From Truepera sp. (GTDB lineage Bacteria; Deinococcota; Deinococci; Deinococcales; Trueperaceae), in the NCBI GenBank assembly GCA_965218435.1, contig CBDCKW010000009.1:3360001-3424000 (forward strand): 64,000 nucleotides of DNA. Reading direction: 5' to 3'. Positions 33,922 to 45,856 of this stretch are shown in pieces (within the stretch, counting starts at the first letter, position 1; the number at the start of each line of letters is the position of its first letter). The position numbers and the translations under genes were made by a program. The notes under the pieces were generated by a model. The model saw nothing but the letters and a program-made list of their open reading frames with translations, did no database searches and had not been told where the DNA came from.

Positions 33922-35262
33922 ATGACAGCCGTTGCCGAAAAACCACAACTGATTAACAGCCGTAAAGATTCCCGCTTCGAGGTTACGCTTTACAAATACG
34001 TCGGGGTCAAAGACTCGCATAAACTAAGCACGTATCTCGAGCACGGCGGGTACGACGTGGCCAAAAAAGCTGTGACGACGATGAAACCGGGCGAAGTTAT
34101 CGAAGAGGTTAAACGCTCGGGTTTACGCGGGCGCGGCGGCGCAGGCTTTCCCACCGGCCTCAAGTGGTCGTTTATGCCCAAACCCGACGGACGGCAGCGT
34201 TTTCTGGTCTGTAACGCCGACGAGTCGGAACCAGGGTCGTTCAAAGACCGCTATCTATTAGAAGATGACCCACATCAGCTCATCGAAGGGCTGATGATCG
34301 GCTGCTACGCTATCGAAGCGACCATCGGCGTGATCTACCTCCGCGGCGAATATTACACTGCGTATGAGCATCTCGGGGAGGCCATCAAAGACGCGCGTGA
34401 AGCCGGGTATCTCGGTAAAAACGTCTTTGATTCGGGCTTTGACTTCGACATAATTTTGCACCGGGGCGCAGGCGCGTACATCTGCGGGGAAGAGACCGCG
34501 CTGATGAACTCGTTTGAGGGCTTGCGCGCGAATCCACGCCTCAAACCGCCCTTTCCGGCGCAAGCGGGCGTGTACGGGTTGCCGACGACGATCAACAATG
34601 TCGAGAGCTTAGTAAACGCCGTCCACATTATCGGCAAAGGGGCCGAGTGGTACGCCTCAATGGGCTCAGAAGACTCGAAGGGCATCAAGCTCTTTCAGAT
34701 CAGTGGGCCGATTGCGCGACCCGGTGTCTATGAATTGCCCATCGGCGCGACCTTCCGTGAGCTGCTCTACGACCTGGGCGGTGGCCCGACCGAAGAGATC
34801 AAGGCGCTTGTTCCAGGTGGCTCGTCTGCGCCGCTGCTGCCCTTTAACGACGACACGCTCGATACGCCGATGGATTACGGCTCGGTTTCTAAAAAAGGCT
34901 CGATGTTGGGTACCGGCGGTGTGATTCTCATTCCTAAAGAGAAATGCATGGTTGACGCGATGTATAACGTGGTGCGGTTTTACGCGCACGAGTCGTGCGG
35001 CAAATGTACGCCCTGCCGCGAAGGAGTCTCAACCTGGTTGCCGAAGATGTTCAAAAAACTGCTCTCGGGTTACGGTGAACCCGGCGACTTGGAGCTGATT
35101 GAAGGGATGCTCCAAAACATGCGCGGCACCGCCTTCTGCCTCTTGGCGGATTCATGCGTGATGCCGGTACAGTCGAGTTTCAAGCATTTCCGCGATGAAT
35201 ACGAATACTTGATCGAACACGGCCACTCGAAATATCAAAAATCGGACTGGTGGGCCGAATGA
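33922..35262 (+). CDS. nuoF: NADH-quinone oxidoreductase subunit F
   Basis: [36 protein letters not shown]. Confidence 0.98.
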   Translation: MTAVAEKPQLINSRKDSRFEVTLYKYVGVKDSHKLSTYLEHGGYDVAKKAVTTMKPGEVIEEVKRSGLRGRGGAGFPTGLKWSFMPKPDGRQRFLVCNADESEPGSFKDRYLLEDDPHQLIEGLMIGCYAIEATIGVIYLRGEYYTAYEHLGEAIKDAREAGYLGKNVFDSGFDFDIILHRGAGAYICGEETALMNSFEGLRANPRLKPPFPAQAGVYGLPTTINNVESLVNAVHIIGKGAEWYASMGSEDSKGIKLFQISGPIARPGVYELPIGATFRELLYDLGGGPTEEIKALVPGGSSAPLLPFNDDTLDTPMDYGSVSKKGSMLGTGGVILIPKEKCMVDAMYNVVRFYAHESCGKCTPCREGVSTWLPKMFKKLLSGYGEPGDLELIEGMLQNMRGTAFCLLADSCVMPVQSSFKHFRDEYEYLIEHGHSKYQKSDWWAE

Positions 35263-35286
35263 GGATAGGTCAAAAAGGACACACGT

Positions 35287-37659
35287 ATGAAAGTTAAAGT
35301 CAACGACGTAGAGCTTGACCTCGAGCCCGGCACCAGTGCCATTGACGCGGTCTTTGCTGCGGGTTACGACGTGCCGTACTTTTGCTCGCAAGAGTATATG
35401 TCGCCCATCGGCGCTTGCCGGATGTGTCTCGGCAAGGTCGGTGCGCCCCGCAAAGACCGTGAGACGGACGACTGGATTAAAGACGAGGAGACGGGCGAAC
35501 CGAAAGTGTTCTTTTTCCCTAATCTGATGGCGACCTGCACCACCGCCATCATGGAGGGGATGGTCATCGATACGCTTGGCAAAGAGGTCAAGCAGGCGCA
35601 GTCAGGGATGATGGAGTTTACCCTGATCAATCACCCGCTCGACTGCCCGGTGTGCGACAAGGGCGGCGCGTGCGAGCTGCAAGACCGCGCTTATGAATAC
35701 GGTTCGGGTACCTCACGCTTCGAGTTCGACAAACGCCATCAGGAAAAGCATCACGTCTTGTCCGAACTCATTACCTTAGACCGTGAACGCTGTATCCACT
35801 GCAAACGCTGCGTCCGCTATTTTGAAGAGGTTCCCGGCGACGAGGTTTTGGACTTTATCGAACGCGGCGGCCACACCTATATCGGCACCGTTGACGAGGG
35901 CTTACCGAGCCACTTTACCGGCAACATCACCGACATTTGCCCGGTCGGAGCGTTGCTCGATTCGACGAGCCGTTTTCGGGGCCGCAACTGGGAATACGAC
36001 CACACCCGCACCGTCTCACCCGATGACGCGTCGGGCGCGGCCATCATGGTAGACGCCCGGACGGGCCGGATCGAGCGGATTAAAGGCGCACGCAATACGC
36101 AAGTCAACCTCGACTGGATTGACGACAGCACGCGTTTTGGGCACGAGTATGTGGGCGCACCCGACCGCTTAAAAACGCCGCTGGTGCGTAAAGAGGGGAA
36201 GTTGGGGCCCGCTACCTGGGAAGAGGCACTCGAGTTTATCAAGGCACAATTAACGCAGTCCGGCAAAAAGGTTGGCGTCGCCCTTCGAAGTGATGCAGCT
36301 TTAGAAGAGGGCGTCGCCGCGAAAGCTTTAGCCGAACACCTCGGCGGGCAAACCGAGCATTTCCCGCGCCCCGCTGCTTCAGTGATCGCTAAGAATCCGG
36401 CGACCTTTACCGACGTTGCTACGAGTGACGCTATCTTCGTTGTCGGGGACCCGACTGAAGAAGTGCCGACGTTAGACCTGCGGATTAAAGACGCCCTTAA
36501 AGGTGTCGCGCCGCCCGAGCTGCTCGCGCACGGCGTCCCGATTGCCGACCTGCGGCTCAAAGAGCGGATGCCGCGTAAACAGGAAATTCTTACGATTGCT
36601 GCGCCCTACCGCACCGATTTGATGCGTCACGCGGGCCAAGGGTGGATTTATCCGGCAGGGCAAGAAGCCGAACTCTTCAAAGGTGTCGAGTCCGGCAAGG
36701 CGGCAGTTGGGCTCGAGGCTGAGCAACTCAAACGGCTTAAAGATGCCCTAAACGAGGCGAAAAACCCTGTCATTGTCCTCGGCGCGTTCGTGCTCAACTC
36801 AGCTGCCGCAACGCAAGCTGCCGAAGCTCTAGCTGAAGCGGTCGGCGCAAAAGTCATGAAACTCGGACAGATGGCCAACAGTTACGGCCTCGAGGCTATC
36901 TACCTCACCTCCGAACGGGGTTACGACGACCTCGTTACCAATAGTGACGTGCTGTTCTTATCAAACCTCAACCCGGCGCAAGACAAAGCGGTAGGGGAGA
37001 AGCTGCAAAACGTTAAGCTGCTCGTCGTCCACGACACGTTCGAGACTGAAACAACTGAGCTTGCGCACGTCGTCTTACCTGCTAAAACCGGTTACGAAAA
37101 AGAGGGCACGGTGGTCAACCTCGAGGGCCGCTTCTTAAGTCTCTTTTCCGCTCCGGTAGACAGCGGTGCTTCGGAAGACTTTGTCGGCGTCGTCCGGGCG
37201 CTCGGTGAGACGCTGGGTGTCAGGTTAGACGGACGCAGCCTCCGAAGTGCGCGGCGGGCGCTGCAAAAAACGTTTGAGCTAGACTTCTCCGCGCTGCCTG
37301 AAGAGGGTCAGCTCGCTCCTGTCGCAGCAGGTGAGGTCAAGGACACCGGTACGGAAAGCACGCAAGGCAATCTGCTTCTCACCCCGAGCTTCGTCAAGAT
37401 TGACCGTTTAGAAAGAAACCCTGCCCTGCACGCTTCTTACGGTGACGTTTCGTTACAGGTCAATCCGGCGGACGCCAAAGAGCAGGGGCTCGAGTCCGGC
37501 AGCAACGTTACGCTTACTGTCGGTGGGGTAACCCGCAAAGCGGCAGTTGTCGTGACTGATAACACCCCCGAAGGTCTGATGCTGCTCCCGGCAACTTTTA
37601 ATCAGCCTGCCGGGTTAGCTACCGCCGACGTGACCTTAGAACCCGAGTTGGTCGCGTGA
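35287..37659 (+). CDS. nuoG: NADH-quinone oxidoreductase subunit G
   Basis: [40 protein letters not shown]. Confidence 0.97.
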   Translation: MKVKVNDVELDLEPGTSAIDAVFAAGYDVPYFCSQEYMSPIGACRMCLGKVGAPRKDRETDDWIKDEETGEPKVFFFPNLMATCTTAIMEGMVIDTLGKEVKQAQSGMMEFTLINHPLDCPVCDKGGACELQDRAYEYGSGTSRFEFDKRHQEKHHVLSELITLDRERCIHCKRCVRYFEEVPGDEVLDFIERGGHTYIGTVDEGLPSHFTGNITDICPVGALLDSTSRFRGRNWEYDHTRTVSPDDASGAAIMVDARTGRIERIKGARNTQVNLDWIDDSTRFGHEYVGAPDRLKTPLVRKEGKLGPATWEEALEFIKAQLTQSGKKVGVALRSDAALEEGVAAKALAEHLGGQTEHFPRPAASVIAKNPATFTDVATSDAIFVVGDPTEEVPTLDLRIKDALKGVAPPELLAHGVPIADLRLKERMPRKQEILTIAAPYRTDLMRHAGQGWIYPAGQEAELFKGVESGKAAVGLEAEQLKRLKDALNEAKNPVIVLGAFVLNSAAATQAAEALAEAVGAKVMKLGQMANSYGLEAIYLTSERGYDDLVTNSDVLFLSNLNPAQDKAVGEKLQNVKLLVVHDTFETETTELAHVVLPAKTGYEKEGTVVNLEGRFLSLFSAPVDSGASEDFVGVVRALGETLGVRLDGRSLRSARRALQKTFELDFSALPEEGQLAPVAAGEVKDTGTESTQGNLLLTPSFVKIDRLERNPALHASYGDVSLQVNPADAKEQGLESGSNVTLTVGGVTRKAAVVVTDNTPEGLMLLPATFNQPAGLATADVTLEPELVA

Positions 37660-38672
37660 CCGACGGCTTTATCATCACCTTCGTCAAGGCGCTCGTGCTG
37701 TGCGCCGTGCTGCTCGGCGCGTTCGCCTATATGACCGTCATCGAACGCAAAATCTTGGGCCGGATGCAAAACCGTTACGGCCCCAACCGCGTCGGCCCGT
37801 TTGGACTGTTGCAACCCATTGCCGACGCCATCAAATCCATCTTCAAAGAAGACATCGTGGTGTCGGCGTCCGACCGCTTTGTCTACTTTATCGCTCCCTT
37901 TATCAGTATCTTGTTCGCGCTCTCCGCCTTCGGTGCGATTCCGGCAGGACCGGCAGGCAGTTTGTTCGGCTTTAACCCGTGGATCGTGGACCTCGACGTC
38001 GGTCTCCTGTACGTCTTTGCCGCCACAAGTATCGGCGTTTATGGAATTTTTCTGGCAGGTTGGTCGTCAAACAGTAAATATTCGCTTCTAGGCGGTCTCC
38101 GCTCCTCGGCGCAGATGATCTCGTATGAGCTGGGCTTAGGTTTGTCGGCGCTGACGATTATTCTGATTGCGGGGACGCTCAACTTGCGTCAGATTGTGGA
38201 CTTTAATGTCTGGTCGCTCAGTCCGCTGTTGTGGCTTCCGCTCGCGGTGTCGTTTGTGACCTACGTCATTTCGTCGGTCGCGGAGGTGAACCGCACGCCG
38301 TTTGACCTGCCTGAAGCCGAACAAGAGATCGTCGCGGGGTATCTGACCGAGTACTCGTCTATCAAATGGGCGCTCTTTCAGATGGCCGAGTACGTCAACA
38401 TGATGACGGCGGCGGCGTTTATCAGTACACTCTTCTTAGGCGGTTGGCGCGGACCCGGCTTTTTAGACGCCGTAATTCCAGGTATAGCCGAGTGGCCGTT
38501 CGTCTGGCTGCTGTTAAAAATGGCCATCTTCATGTTCTTGTTTATCTGGTTGCGGGCGACGTTGCCCAGATTTCGCTATGATCAGCTGATGCGCTTTGGG
38601 TGGATTTGGCTGTTTGAAATTGCGCTCTTTAGTGCGCTGGTGACGGGCGCGATCATCGCGTTCGCCCTTTAG
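37656..38672 (+). CDS. nuoH: NADH-quinone oxidoreductase subunit H
   Basis: [27 protein letters not shown]. Confidence 0.97.
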   Translation: MTDGFIITFVKALVLCAVLLGAFAYMTVIERKILGRMQNRYGPNRVGPFGLLQPIADAIKSIFKEDIVVSASDRFVYFIAPFISILFALSAFGAIPAGPAGSLFGFNPWIVDLDVGLLYVFAATSIGVYGIFLAGWSSNSKYSLLGGLRSSAQMISYELGLGLSALTIILIAGTLNLRQIVDFNVWSLSPLLWLPLAVSFVTYVISSVAEVNRTPFDLPEAEQEIVAGYLTEYSSIKWALFQMAEYVNMMTAAAFISTLFLGGWRGPGFLDAVIPGIAEWPFVWLLLKMAIFMFLFIWLRATLPRFRYDQLMRFGWIWLFEIALFSALVTGAIIAFAL

Positions 38673-38679
38673 GAGCTTT

Positions 38680-39204
38680 ATGGGAGTTTTAGACATCGCC
38701 AAAGGGATGGGGGTAACGCTCGGGTACCTGTTCAAAAAGCCCGTGACGGTCTCGTACCCGGAACAAAAAGTTGACGTCAAGGCGCGCTTTCGCGGGCGTC
38801 ATCACCTACTGCGGCACCCGAACGGTTTAGAAAAGTGTATTGGCTGTTCGTTGTGCGCGGCGGCGTGTCCGTCTTACGCGATCTACGTCGAGGCGGCGGA
38901 GAACGACCCCGAAAACCCAACCTCACCGGGAGAGCGTTACGCCAAGATTTATGAAATCAACATGCTCCGCTGTATCTTTTGCGGGTTTTGTGAAGAGGCG
39001 TGTCCAACAGGTGCGGTCGTTTTAGGTCATGAGTTCGAGCTGGCTGATTTCAAATACAAAGACTTCACTTACGGCAAAGACGATATGCTCGTCGGCGTAG
39101 AGGGCTCAAAGTGGCAGCGGCGTGAGGCGGCAAAATTGGGTGAAGAGGTTGAACTCGGCTTTAAGGCGGCCCAAAGGGTGGAACTCGAGGGGGTCAAATA
39201 CTAA
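38680..39204 (+). CDS. nuoI: NADH-quinone oxidoreductase subunit I
   Basis: Two CxxCxxCxxxCP ferredoxin motifs. Confidence 0.97.
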   Translation: MGVLDIAKGMGVTLGYLFKKPVTVSYPEQKVDVKARFRGRHHLLRHPNGLEKCIGCSLCAAACPSYAIYVEAAENDPENPTSPGERYAKIYEINMLRCIFCGFCEEACPTGAVVLGHEFELADFKYKDFTYGKDDMLVGVEGSKWQRREAAKLGEEVELGFKAAQRVELEGVKY

Positions 39205-39242
39205 ATGAGTACTGATGCTCACTATTTCCGACAGGAGCCCCT

Positions 39243-39806
39243 ATGGTGATGTTTATCCTCCTCGCCGCCGTCATGATCGCCGGGGCGCTCGGTGTAATCC
39301 TCATGCGTCAGCCCGTTCACGCCGCACTCTGCTTGGTCGGCACGCTGCTGACACTCGCTGTGACTTACGTTACACTACAAGCGCACTTTTTAGCAGCTGT
39401 GCAGGTGATCGTCTACGCAGGCGCAATCACGGTGCTCTTTTTGTTCGTAATTATGCTCCTCAATGCTCAGGGCGACGAACGTGCGAAGCGGCTACGCTGG
39501 GTGACCCCTACCGCGTGCATCATCGGCGTGATCGCTGCAGGTGGGCTTATCGCGGCGGCTTTTATCGACCGAACGCCGCTACCGAGTGCCGGGGTGGTCG
39601 ACGCCGCGCTTGGGGGGGGTGGGGCTAACGCGCTAGGCGAAGTTCTTTTCAGTCAGTTTGTCTTGGCCTTTCAGCTCGTCGGGGTGCTCCTCTTAACCGG
39701 CATCATCGGCGCAGTGAGCCTGGTCGAGCGCCGCGCCGCGCAAGAAGACCGCGCCCAAGAGATGCCACAAGCTGAAACTCGGGAACGGGAGTTGACCCGT
39801 GCTTAA
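39243..39806 (+). CDS. nuoJ: NADH-quinone oxidoreductase subunit J
   Basis: QVIVYAGAITVLFLFVIML. Confidence 0.95.
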   Translation: MVMFILLAAVMIAGALGVILMRQPVHAALCLVGTLLTLAVTYVTLQAHFLAAVQVIVYAGAITVLFLFVIMLLNAQGDERAKRLRWVTPTACIIGVIAAGGLIAAAFIDRTPLPSAGVVDAALGGGGANALGEVLFSQFVLAFQLVGVLLLTGIIGAVSLVERRAAQEDRAQEMPQAETRERELTRA

Positions 39807-40155
39807 CGGACCTGTCCCTACCGAGTTTTACGTTGCCCTCAGCTCAATTATCTTTGTCATCGGCGCAGTTGGAGTGCTGATCCGCCGCAGCGCCATCATG
39901 ATCTTTTTGTCGGTTGAGCTGATGTTAAACGCGGCTAACCTGGCGCTCGTCGCCTTTGCAAGGGGCTGGGCCGCCTCGGGCGCGGCTGTGGCGCTTTCCG
40001 GGCAAGCCGCAGTGTTTATTATTCTGGCCGTGGCTGCTGCTGAGGTTGCTGTCGGCTTGGGTATTTTGGTCGCTATCTTCCGTTACCGGCACTCCGCCGA
40101 CGTTGACGCGCTCTCGCTGGCCAACCGACCCCAGGGAGCACAGGTGAGCCGATGA
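39799..40155 (+). CDS. nuoK: NADH-quinone oxidoreductase subunit K
   Basis: SVELMLNAANL, AAAEVAVGL. Confidence 0.95.
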   Translation: MLNGPVPTEFYVALSSIIFVIGAVGVLIRRSAIMIFLSVELMLNAANLALVAFARGWAASGAAVALSGQAAVFIILAVAAAEVAVGLGILVAIFRYRHSADVDALSLANRPQGAQVSR

Positions 40156-42077
40156 CGGTCGTGACGCTGGCTGCGGCGGCTCCTTTTGTCGCTCTTTTAG
40201 GCGCACTGATCAACGGTTTGTTCGGCAAGCGTTTGCGCGAGCCGCTCCCGGGGATTATTGCAGCGTTTGCCGTCGGTACGGGTTTCGTTTTGTCGGTTCT
40301 TGCTTTTTTCGGACTCTTGGCCTACCCCGAACGCACGGCGCATATTCCGCTGTGGTCGTACCTGCAAGGCGGTTCTTTCAGCCTCGATTTGGGGTTCGTG
40401 ATTGACCCCCTGAGCATTACTTTAATGCTGATTATCACCGGCGTCGGGCTTTTGATTCACGTCTATTCCGCTAGGTATATGCACCGTGACCCCGGTTTTA
40501 GCCGCTACTTTTCTGCGCTCAACTTGTTCGTCGCGGCAATGCTTATCTTGGTCATGGCTGATTCATTTTTCTTGATGTTTATCGGTTGGGAAGGTGTCGG
40601 GGTCTGCTCGTACCTGCTGATCGGGTTTTGGTACGCCATCAAAGAAAACGCTGACGCGGCCCGTAAAGCGTTTATCGTCAACCGTGTGGGTGACGTCGGC
40701 TTCTTACTGGCGATGTTTTTAACGGTTAAAACGTTTGGGACGCTCACTATCGCTGAGGTCAACGCGGCTGCGCCGCTGCTGGCAGGTTCGGCTGTGCTCA
40801 CGGTGCTAGGGCTACTTTACTTATTGGCAGCTTGCGGGAAGTCGGCGCAGTTGCCGCTGCAAACCTGGTTGCCCGACGCGATGGCAGGTCCGACGCCGGT
40901 TTCGGCGCTGATTCACGCTGCGACGATGGTCACCGCCGGGGTTTACCTGATTGTGCGCACTGCGCCCCTTTTTGCCAGCACGCCGGACGCGTCAACCGTC
41001 GTTGCCTGGGTGGGCGGTATCACCGCACTCGTGGCGGCGTTTGCTGCCTTAACGCAACAAGATATCAAAAAAATCTTGGCGTACTCGACGATTTCACAGC
41101 TCGGTTTTATGTTTGCGGCGGTCGGTGTCGGCGCGTATTGGGTGGCGATTTTCCACGTCTTGACGCACGCCTGCTTTAAGGCGCTGCTCTTTTTAGGCGC
41201 GGGGTCGGTGATTCACGCTATAGGCGGGGAACAAGACATCCGTAAGATGGGCGGGTTGGGCAAACACATGAAGCTCACCGGCACTACCTCGCTGATCGCT
41301 GTTTTGTCCATCTCCGGTGTGCCTTTCTTGTCCGGCTTTTTTAGTAAGGACGCGATCTTGGCAAATGTATTTACCTCAAATCTCGTCGTCAGTGGGGTCT
41401 GGCTCTACCTTGTGCTGCTTTTAACAGCAGTCTTAACGGCGTTTTACATGTTCCGCTGGTACTACCGCGTGTTTGCCGGTGAGGAGCGGCTTTCGGCGTC
41501 GGCTAAAGCGCACCTGCATGAATCGCCGCCGGTCATGACCGTACCGCTGCTGATCTTGGCGTTTTTAAGTATCTTTGCGGGCTACCTTGGACTCCCTGAG
41601 TTTGCGTTTCCCAACCTGATCGCGCCGTGGCTCGAGTCTCCTACGGCGGCAACGTTTAGCCATCCTGCTTTGTGGCTCGAGTGGCTCCTCGTCATCATCT
41701 CAGTTTTGGCCGCCGCTTTGGGGCTTTATCTGGGTTATTTGCGGTATCACCGTAAAGCCGAGTTTATGGGTGCCAAACAGCCTCGCGTGGCAGGTCTTTT
41801 AGGGGGTCTACGCGCCGCGTCATTTTCGGCTCTCGGGTTCGACGCGCTTTACCGTGCGCTCTTTACCCGTCCCGGTGAACAGCTTGCCAGAGGGTTTGAT
41901 GAGGTTGACAACGACGTGATTGGTACTGAGATAGGTGACTCGAGCCGAGGTATCAGCGACCTGGGACAATCAGTGGCGCAGTTGCAGTCGGGGTTTGTCC
42001 GCGCTTACGCGCTGCTGATGCTTGTAGGACTAGCCGTGCTCGTACTGGTCGCAGTCTTTACCGGAGGCGTCGCGTGA
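40152..42077 (+). CDS. nuoL: NADH-quinone oxidoreductase subunit L
   Basis: GWEGVG, WLPDAMAGPTPVSALIHAATMV. Confidence 0.97.
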   Translation: MTVVTLAAAAPFVALLGALINGLFGKRLREPLPGIIAAFAVGTGFVLSVLAFFGLLAYPERTAHIPLWSYLQGGSFSLDLGFVIDPLSITLMLIITGVGLLIHVYSARYMHRDPGFSRYFSALNLFVAAMLILVMADSFFLMFIGWEGVGVCSYLLIGFWYAIKENADAARKAFIVNRVGDVGFLLAMFLTVKTFGTLTIAEVNAAAPLLAGSAVLTVLGLLYLLAACGKSAQLPLQTWLPDAMAGPTPVSALIHAATMVTAGVYLIVRTAPLFASTPDASTVVAWVGGITALVAAFAALTQQDIKKILAYSTISQLGFMFAAVGVGAYWVAIFHVLTHACFKALLFLGAGSVIHAIGGEQDIRKMGGLGKHMKLTGTTSLIAVLSISGVPFLSGFFSKDAILANVFTSNLVVSGVWLYLVLLLTAVLTAFYMFRWYYRVFAGEERLSASAKAHLHESPPVMTVPLLILAFLSIFAGYLGLPEFAFPNLIAPWLESPTAATFSHPALWLEWLLVIISVLAAALGLYLGYLRYHRKAEFMGAKQPRVAGLLGGLRAASFSALGFDALYRALFTRPGEQLARGFDEVDNDVIGTEIGDSSRGISDLGQSVAQLQSGFVRAYALLMLVGLAVLVLVAVFTGGVA

Positions 42078-43576
42078 CGTTAGCTGCAGTTCTTATTCCG
42101 CTGATCGGTGCGCTTTTACTCTTTTTCCTTTCCGGGTCGGGCCGCGTCATCGCGCTTACCACCTCGGTATTTACACTTTTAGTGGCGCTGGCCCTACCGC
42201 AAGCCGGTCCTTTCGAAACGCCGTGGCTGGGCACATTCGGCGTGTACTTTTCTCTTTCAGCGGTGGGGGCAGGTGGTCTCCTCGTTTTGATCGCGGCCAT
42301 CGTCATGCTGCCGACAACGCTTTATGCAAGCTTTGTTGTAAAGGAAAATACCAGTCGTTTTCTCGCGCTCCTGTTGGCGATGCAGGCCGGACTTAACGGC
42401 GTCTTTATGGCGCAAGACGTGGTGCTCTTTTACCTATTCTGGGAAGCGACCTTGATTCCGAGTGTGCTGATGTTGGGGATTTGGGGACTCGAGCGCCGCC
42501 GTCAGGCCGCGATCAAATACCTCGTCTACGCAGTGGCCGGGTCGTTTATCATGCTGGTCGCAATTTTGGCCCTTCGCCCGCTGTCGGGTGCGACGAGCTT
42601 CCGCTTAGTTGACCTGATTCCGGCGACCCAGGCCCTGCCCCTCAGCACCCAAGTATGGCTCTTTCTGGCGTTTACCCTGGCGTTTGCCGTTAAACTTCCG
42701 CTCTGGCCCGTTCACGGCTGGTTGCCGGACTTTCACGAACAAAATCACGTCTCGGGCGTTGCCGACATTGCCGGGACGCTTTATAAGGTCGGGGGCTGGG
42801 GCTTTTTCGCCATCGCACTGCCGCTTTTCCCGGCAGGTGCAACCGCCGTCACACCTTATCTGCTGGGGTTGGCTGCCTTTACCGCTGTCTACGCTGCGAT
42901 GATCGCCACAGCGCAGACGAATCTCAAACGTCTGCTTGCCTACGCCTCTTTGTCGCACATGGGGATTGTTGGGGTTGGGGTCTTCGGGCTTTACCTGTCC
43001 GGCTTAAACGGTGCGGTCTACCTGCTCGCCGCGCAGATGCTCTCGACCGGCGGGCTGTTTTTGATCAGCGGAATGCTCTACGCGCGGCGTGGTTCATTTG
43101 AGCTCTCCGAATACGGTGGGTTGGCAAAGTCGGCCCCGGCACTCGCCGCGTTGACGCTACTGGTTACCTTTGCCAGCATCGGGGTACCGGGGTTATCGAA
43201 CTTCCCAGGCGAGTTTATGAGTCTTTTGGGAGCCTTTGAGCGGAACGCCTGGTTGGGCGGATTTGCGACGCTGGCGGTGATTGCGGCCGGGGTTTACGGC
43301 GTCAACATGTATCAGCGGCTCTACCAAGTAGACGCCAAAGAAAAGGTTCGGGATTTGGGGGGGCTCGAGCTCACCGTCCTCCTTCCCTTCGTCATTGGCA
43401 TTTTGGTTTTTGGCCTAATTCCCCAACCTGGATTTTCCCGGATTGAAACGCAGGCCGCGCGGATTACCACGTTTGATACGTCGGTCGCTGAGCCGGTCAG
43501 TTTAGCGCCTGGAAATCCTGACGCCGCGTCCGAACCGGCCGCTGCACCCGCTGAAAGGGGCGAAAGTGGACATTAA
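42074..43576 (+). CDS. nuoM: NADH-quinone oxidoreductase subunit M
   Basis: FYLFWE, AVKLPLWPVHGWLP, AYASLSHMG. Confidence 0.96.
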   Translation: MTLAAVLIPLIGALLLFFLSGSGRVIALTTSVFTLLVALALPQAGPFETPWLGTFGVYFSLSAVGAGGLLVLIAAIVMLPTTLYASFVVKENTSRFLALLLAMQAGLNGVFMAQDVVLFYLFWEATLIPSVLMLGIWGLERRRQAAIKYLVYAVAGSFIMLVAILALRPLSGATSFRLVDLIPATQALPLSTQVWLFLAFTLAFAVKLPLWPVHGWLPDFHEQNHVSGVADIAGTLYKVGGWGFFAIALPLFPAGATAVTPYLLGLAAFTAVYAAMIATAQTNLKRLLAYASLSHMGIVGVGVFGLYLSGLNGAVYLLAAQMLSTGGLFLISGMLYARRGSFELSEYGGLAKSAPALAALTLLVTFASIGVPGLSNFPGEFMSLLGAFERNAWLGGFATLAVIAAGVYGVNMYQRLYQVDAKEKVRDLGGLELTVLLPFVIGILVFGLIPQPGFSRIETQAARITTFDTSVAEPVSLAPGNPDAASEPAAAPAERGESGH

Positions 43577-45002
43577 CTGGCTCGTTATCTCGCCGCCGCT
43601 CATTTTGATCATCACCGCGGCCGTCGGCGTTATCTTAGGCCGCAGCTTTGAGAGCACCCGCCCGGTCGCGTACTTGAGCCTCGCCGGGGTGCTCGTCGCA
43701 CTCGTTTTTAGTGCATCACTTTTTGGCAGCGCGACGCCGCTGAGTGCGTTTGGGCTGCGTTACCTGGCGGATAACAGTGCGCTCGGTCTCTCGACGCTGA
43801 TCTTATTGGGGACGGCGCTTGCACTCCTGATTTCGTTTGACGCGGTTGAACACAGCTTGGGCGGGTACGAATACTATCCGCTGATGCTCCTAAGTGCGAC
43901 CGGCGGCTTGGTGATGGCCGCCGCAGGTGACTTGATTACTTTGCTGCTAGGGCTCGAGATTCTCTCGCTCCCGGTCTATGTATTGTCGGCGTGGCGACCG
44001 AACTCGAGGTCGTCTGAAGAGGCCGGGATGAAGTACTTTCTCCTGGGCGCGTTCGCCTCAGCCTTTTTGATCTACGGTATTGCCCTGATGTACGGCGCAA
44101 CCGGACACTTTACCTACGCCGAAATCGTTCAGGTCCTCCGAAGCGAGACCTTTTCTCAAAATGCGTTAGCGACGCTGGGCGGTGCGTTCATCTTAGGCGG
44201 CCTCGCGTTTAAGGCTGCGTTCGCTCCCTTTCACCAGTGGTCGCCCGACGTTTACACGGGCGCACCGACGCCCGTAACCGCGTTTATGAGCGTCGTCGTT
44301 AAAGCGGCTGCCTTTGCTGCTCTCGTGCGCATCTTTGCCACGGTTTACCCAGACTTAAACAGTTCATTGCTGCAAGGGCTCGCTATCCTCGTCGCGCTGA
44401 CGCTCGTCGTCGGGAACCTCGTCGCGCTCGTGCAGACGAGCCTTAAACGGCTGCTCGCCTACTCCGCCGTCGCGCACGCCGGTTATCTGGGACTCGCACT
44501 TTTGGCGGCGGATGGCAGCGGTACCCAAGCAATTGTTTGGTACTTGACGGCCTATACCCTGATGAACGCTGGCGCGTTTGCCGTGCTGAGCCTCCTCACC
44601 GACCGCAACGATCGGGGTGACGATTTAGAACGCCTTGCCGGTCTCGGTAAGACGCGCCCTTATCTTGCCTTCGCGCTGGCGCTCTTTCTCTTGTCGCTCG
44701 CCGGTATCCCGCCACTTGCCGGGTTTGTCGGAAAAATCTTAGTGTTTCAAGCTGCGCTGCAAGCGGGCTATATCAGCCTTGCGATCATCGCCATCTTGAC
44801 GAGCATCGTCGCGGCGTACTACTACGTGCGGGTCATCGCGCTGATGTACTTTCGCGACGCCGAATACACCGACGTCGGGACGAAAAGTACCTTTACAGGT
44901 ATCGCCATTGCCGCCGCCGCTATAGGAACGGTTTTGCTCGGCTTTTTTCCGGGTTGGTGGTACGGGCTGCTCGAGGCTACCCAGCGTTTAGCCGGAAGAT
45001 AA
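43566..45002 (+). CDS. nuoN: NADH-quinone oxidoreductase subunit N
   Basis: EAGMKYF, PFHQWSPDVYTGAP, SLAGIPPLAGF. Confidence 0.96.
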   Translation: MDINWLVISPPLILIITAAVGVILGRSFESTRPVAYLSLAGVLVALVFSASLFGSATPLSAFGLRYLADNSALGLSTLILLGTALALLISFDAVEHSLGGYEYYPLMLLSATGGLVMAAAGDLITLLLGLEILSLPVYVLSAWRPNSRSSEEAGMKYFLLGAFASAFLIYGIALMYGATGHFTYAEIVQVLRSETFSQNALATLGGAFILGGLAFKAAFAPFHQWSPDVYTGAPTPVTAFMSVVVKAAAFAALVRIFATVYPDLNSSLLQGLAILVALTLVVGNLVALVQTSLKRLLAYSAVAHAGYLGLALLAADGSGTQAIVWYLTAYTLMNAGAFAVLSLLTDRNDRGDDLERLAGLGKTRPYLAFALALFLLSLAGIPPLAGFVGKILVFQAALQAGYISLAIIAILTSIVAAYYYVRVIALMYFRDAEYTDVGTKSTFTGIAIAAAAIGTVLLGFFPGWWYGLLEATQRLAGR

Positions 45003-45005
45003 CTT

Positions 45006-45040
45006 TCGGGTGCTGCGGTTAGCTTTTACGCAGCACCCGA
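45006..45040. terminator. Hairpin between convergent nuoN and the VOC gene
   Basis: TCGGGTGCTGCG...CGCAGCACCCGA stem. Confidence 0.7.
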
Positions 45041-45054
45041 GCCTTACACAAGAC

Positions 45055-45414
45055 CTAGCCTTTAAGACCGATATAGTTGCCCCACAAGTCTCTGACATGA
45101 CACATCTTTTTGCCCCTTTTGATGTCCACGGGGCTACGGTAGAGCGTCGCGCTCAAAGCCACTAAAAAGTCCAAGCGTTTTTGAAAGTTGTCGGTTTGCC
45201 AGTACACCACCGTACCTGCTGGACCGGACGCTACCTTCTCGTCAGCGGGTACGATTTCGGTTGTGACGCCGTAGTACTTGTGATACTCGAAATCAAACTC
45301 GGTGACAGCGTGTCGCTCAGCTCCTGGGAACGCTTGGTGATACCACTCGAGCCCCGCTTCGGGGTCGTCAACGTGAATGAGCACAGGGGCGATAGGTGAA
45401 GTAAAGGGGCGCAT
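45055..45414 (-). CDS. VOC/glyoxalase family protein
   Basis: LIHVDDPEAGLEWY, GTVVYW, VRDLWGNYIGL; likely ATG at 45414. Confidence 0.75.
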   Translation of the reverse strand: MRPFTSPIAPVLIHVDDPEAGLEWYHQAFPGAERHAVTEFDFEYHKYYGVTTEIVPADEKVASGPAGTVVYWQTDNFQKRLDFLVALSATLYRSPVDIKRGKKMCHVRDLWGNYIGLKG

Positions 45415-45458
45415 CTCAACAGCTTTTTTGTAGCTTTGTTGTCGGCACAAGAGCTTCC

Positions 45459-45773
45459 TCAGTCGCTTTCGGTCGGCAGCCCCTCAGTCTTCCAACGCAA
45501 AATCCCGCCCTCCATATTCGTCACGTCGTAGCCCTGTGCCCGCAAAAAGTCGGTGGCTTGGGCGCTCCGTTTTCCGCTCCGGCACTGCGCGACGATCTCT
45601 TGATCTTTTGGGAGCTCGTCAAAGCGCACCATCAGCTCTGAAAGAGGCAAGAGCTGTGCGCCGGGGATGCGCTCTTCGTCGTATTCGTTTTGCTCACGTA
45701 CATCGAGCAGCAGTGCGCCGCCCTGCACGCGTTTTTGGGCTTCTTGAACGTCTATTTCGGGAATGTCTGCCAT
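45459..45773 (-). CDS. Single-domain rhodanese
   Basis: LLDVRE, IPGA, CRSGKRS active loop. Confidence 0.92.
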   Translation of the reverse strand: MADIPEIDVQEAQKRVQGGALLLDVREQNEYDEERIPGAQLLPLSELMVRFDELPKDQEIVAQCRSGKRSAQATDFLRAQGYDVTNMEGGILRWKTEGLPTESD

Positions 45774-45856
45774 AAACCTACTATAGCGGCCTGAGGTTTT
45801 ACGGGTGTTCTAAAGCAGACGTTTTCGGGTCTGCCGGTTACGGTTATAGTCTTGAG

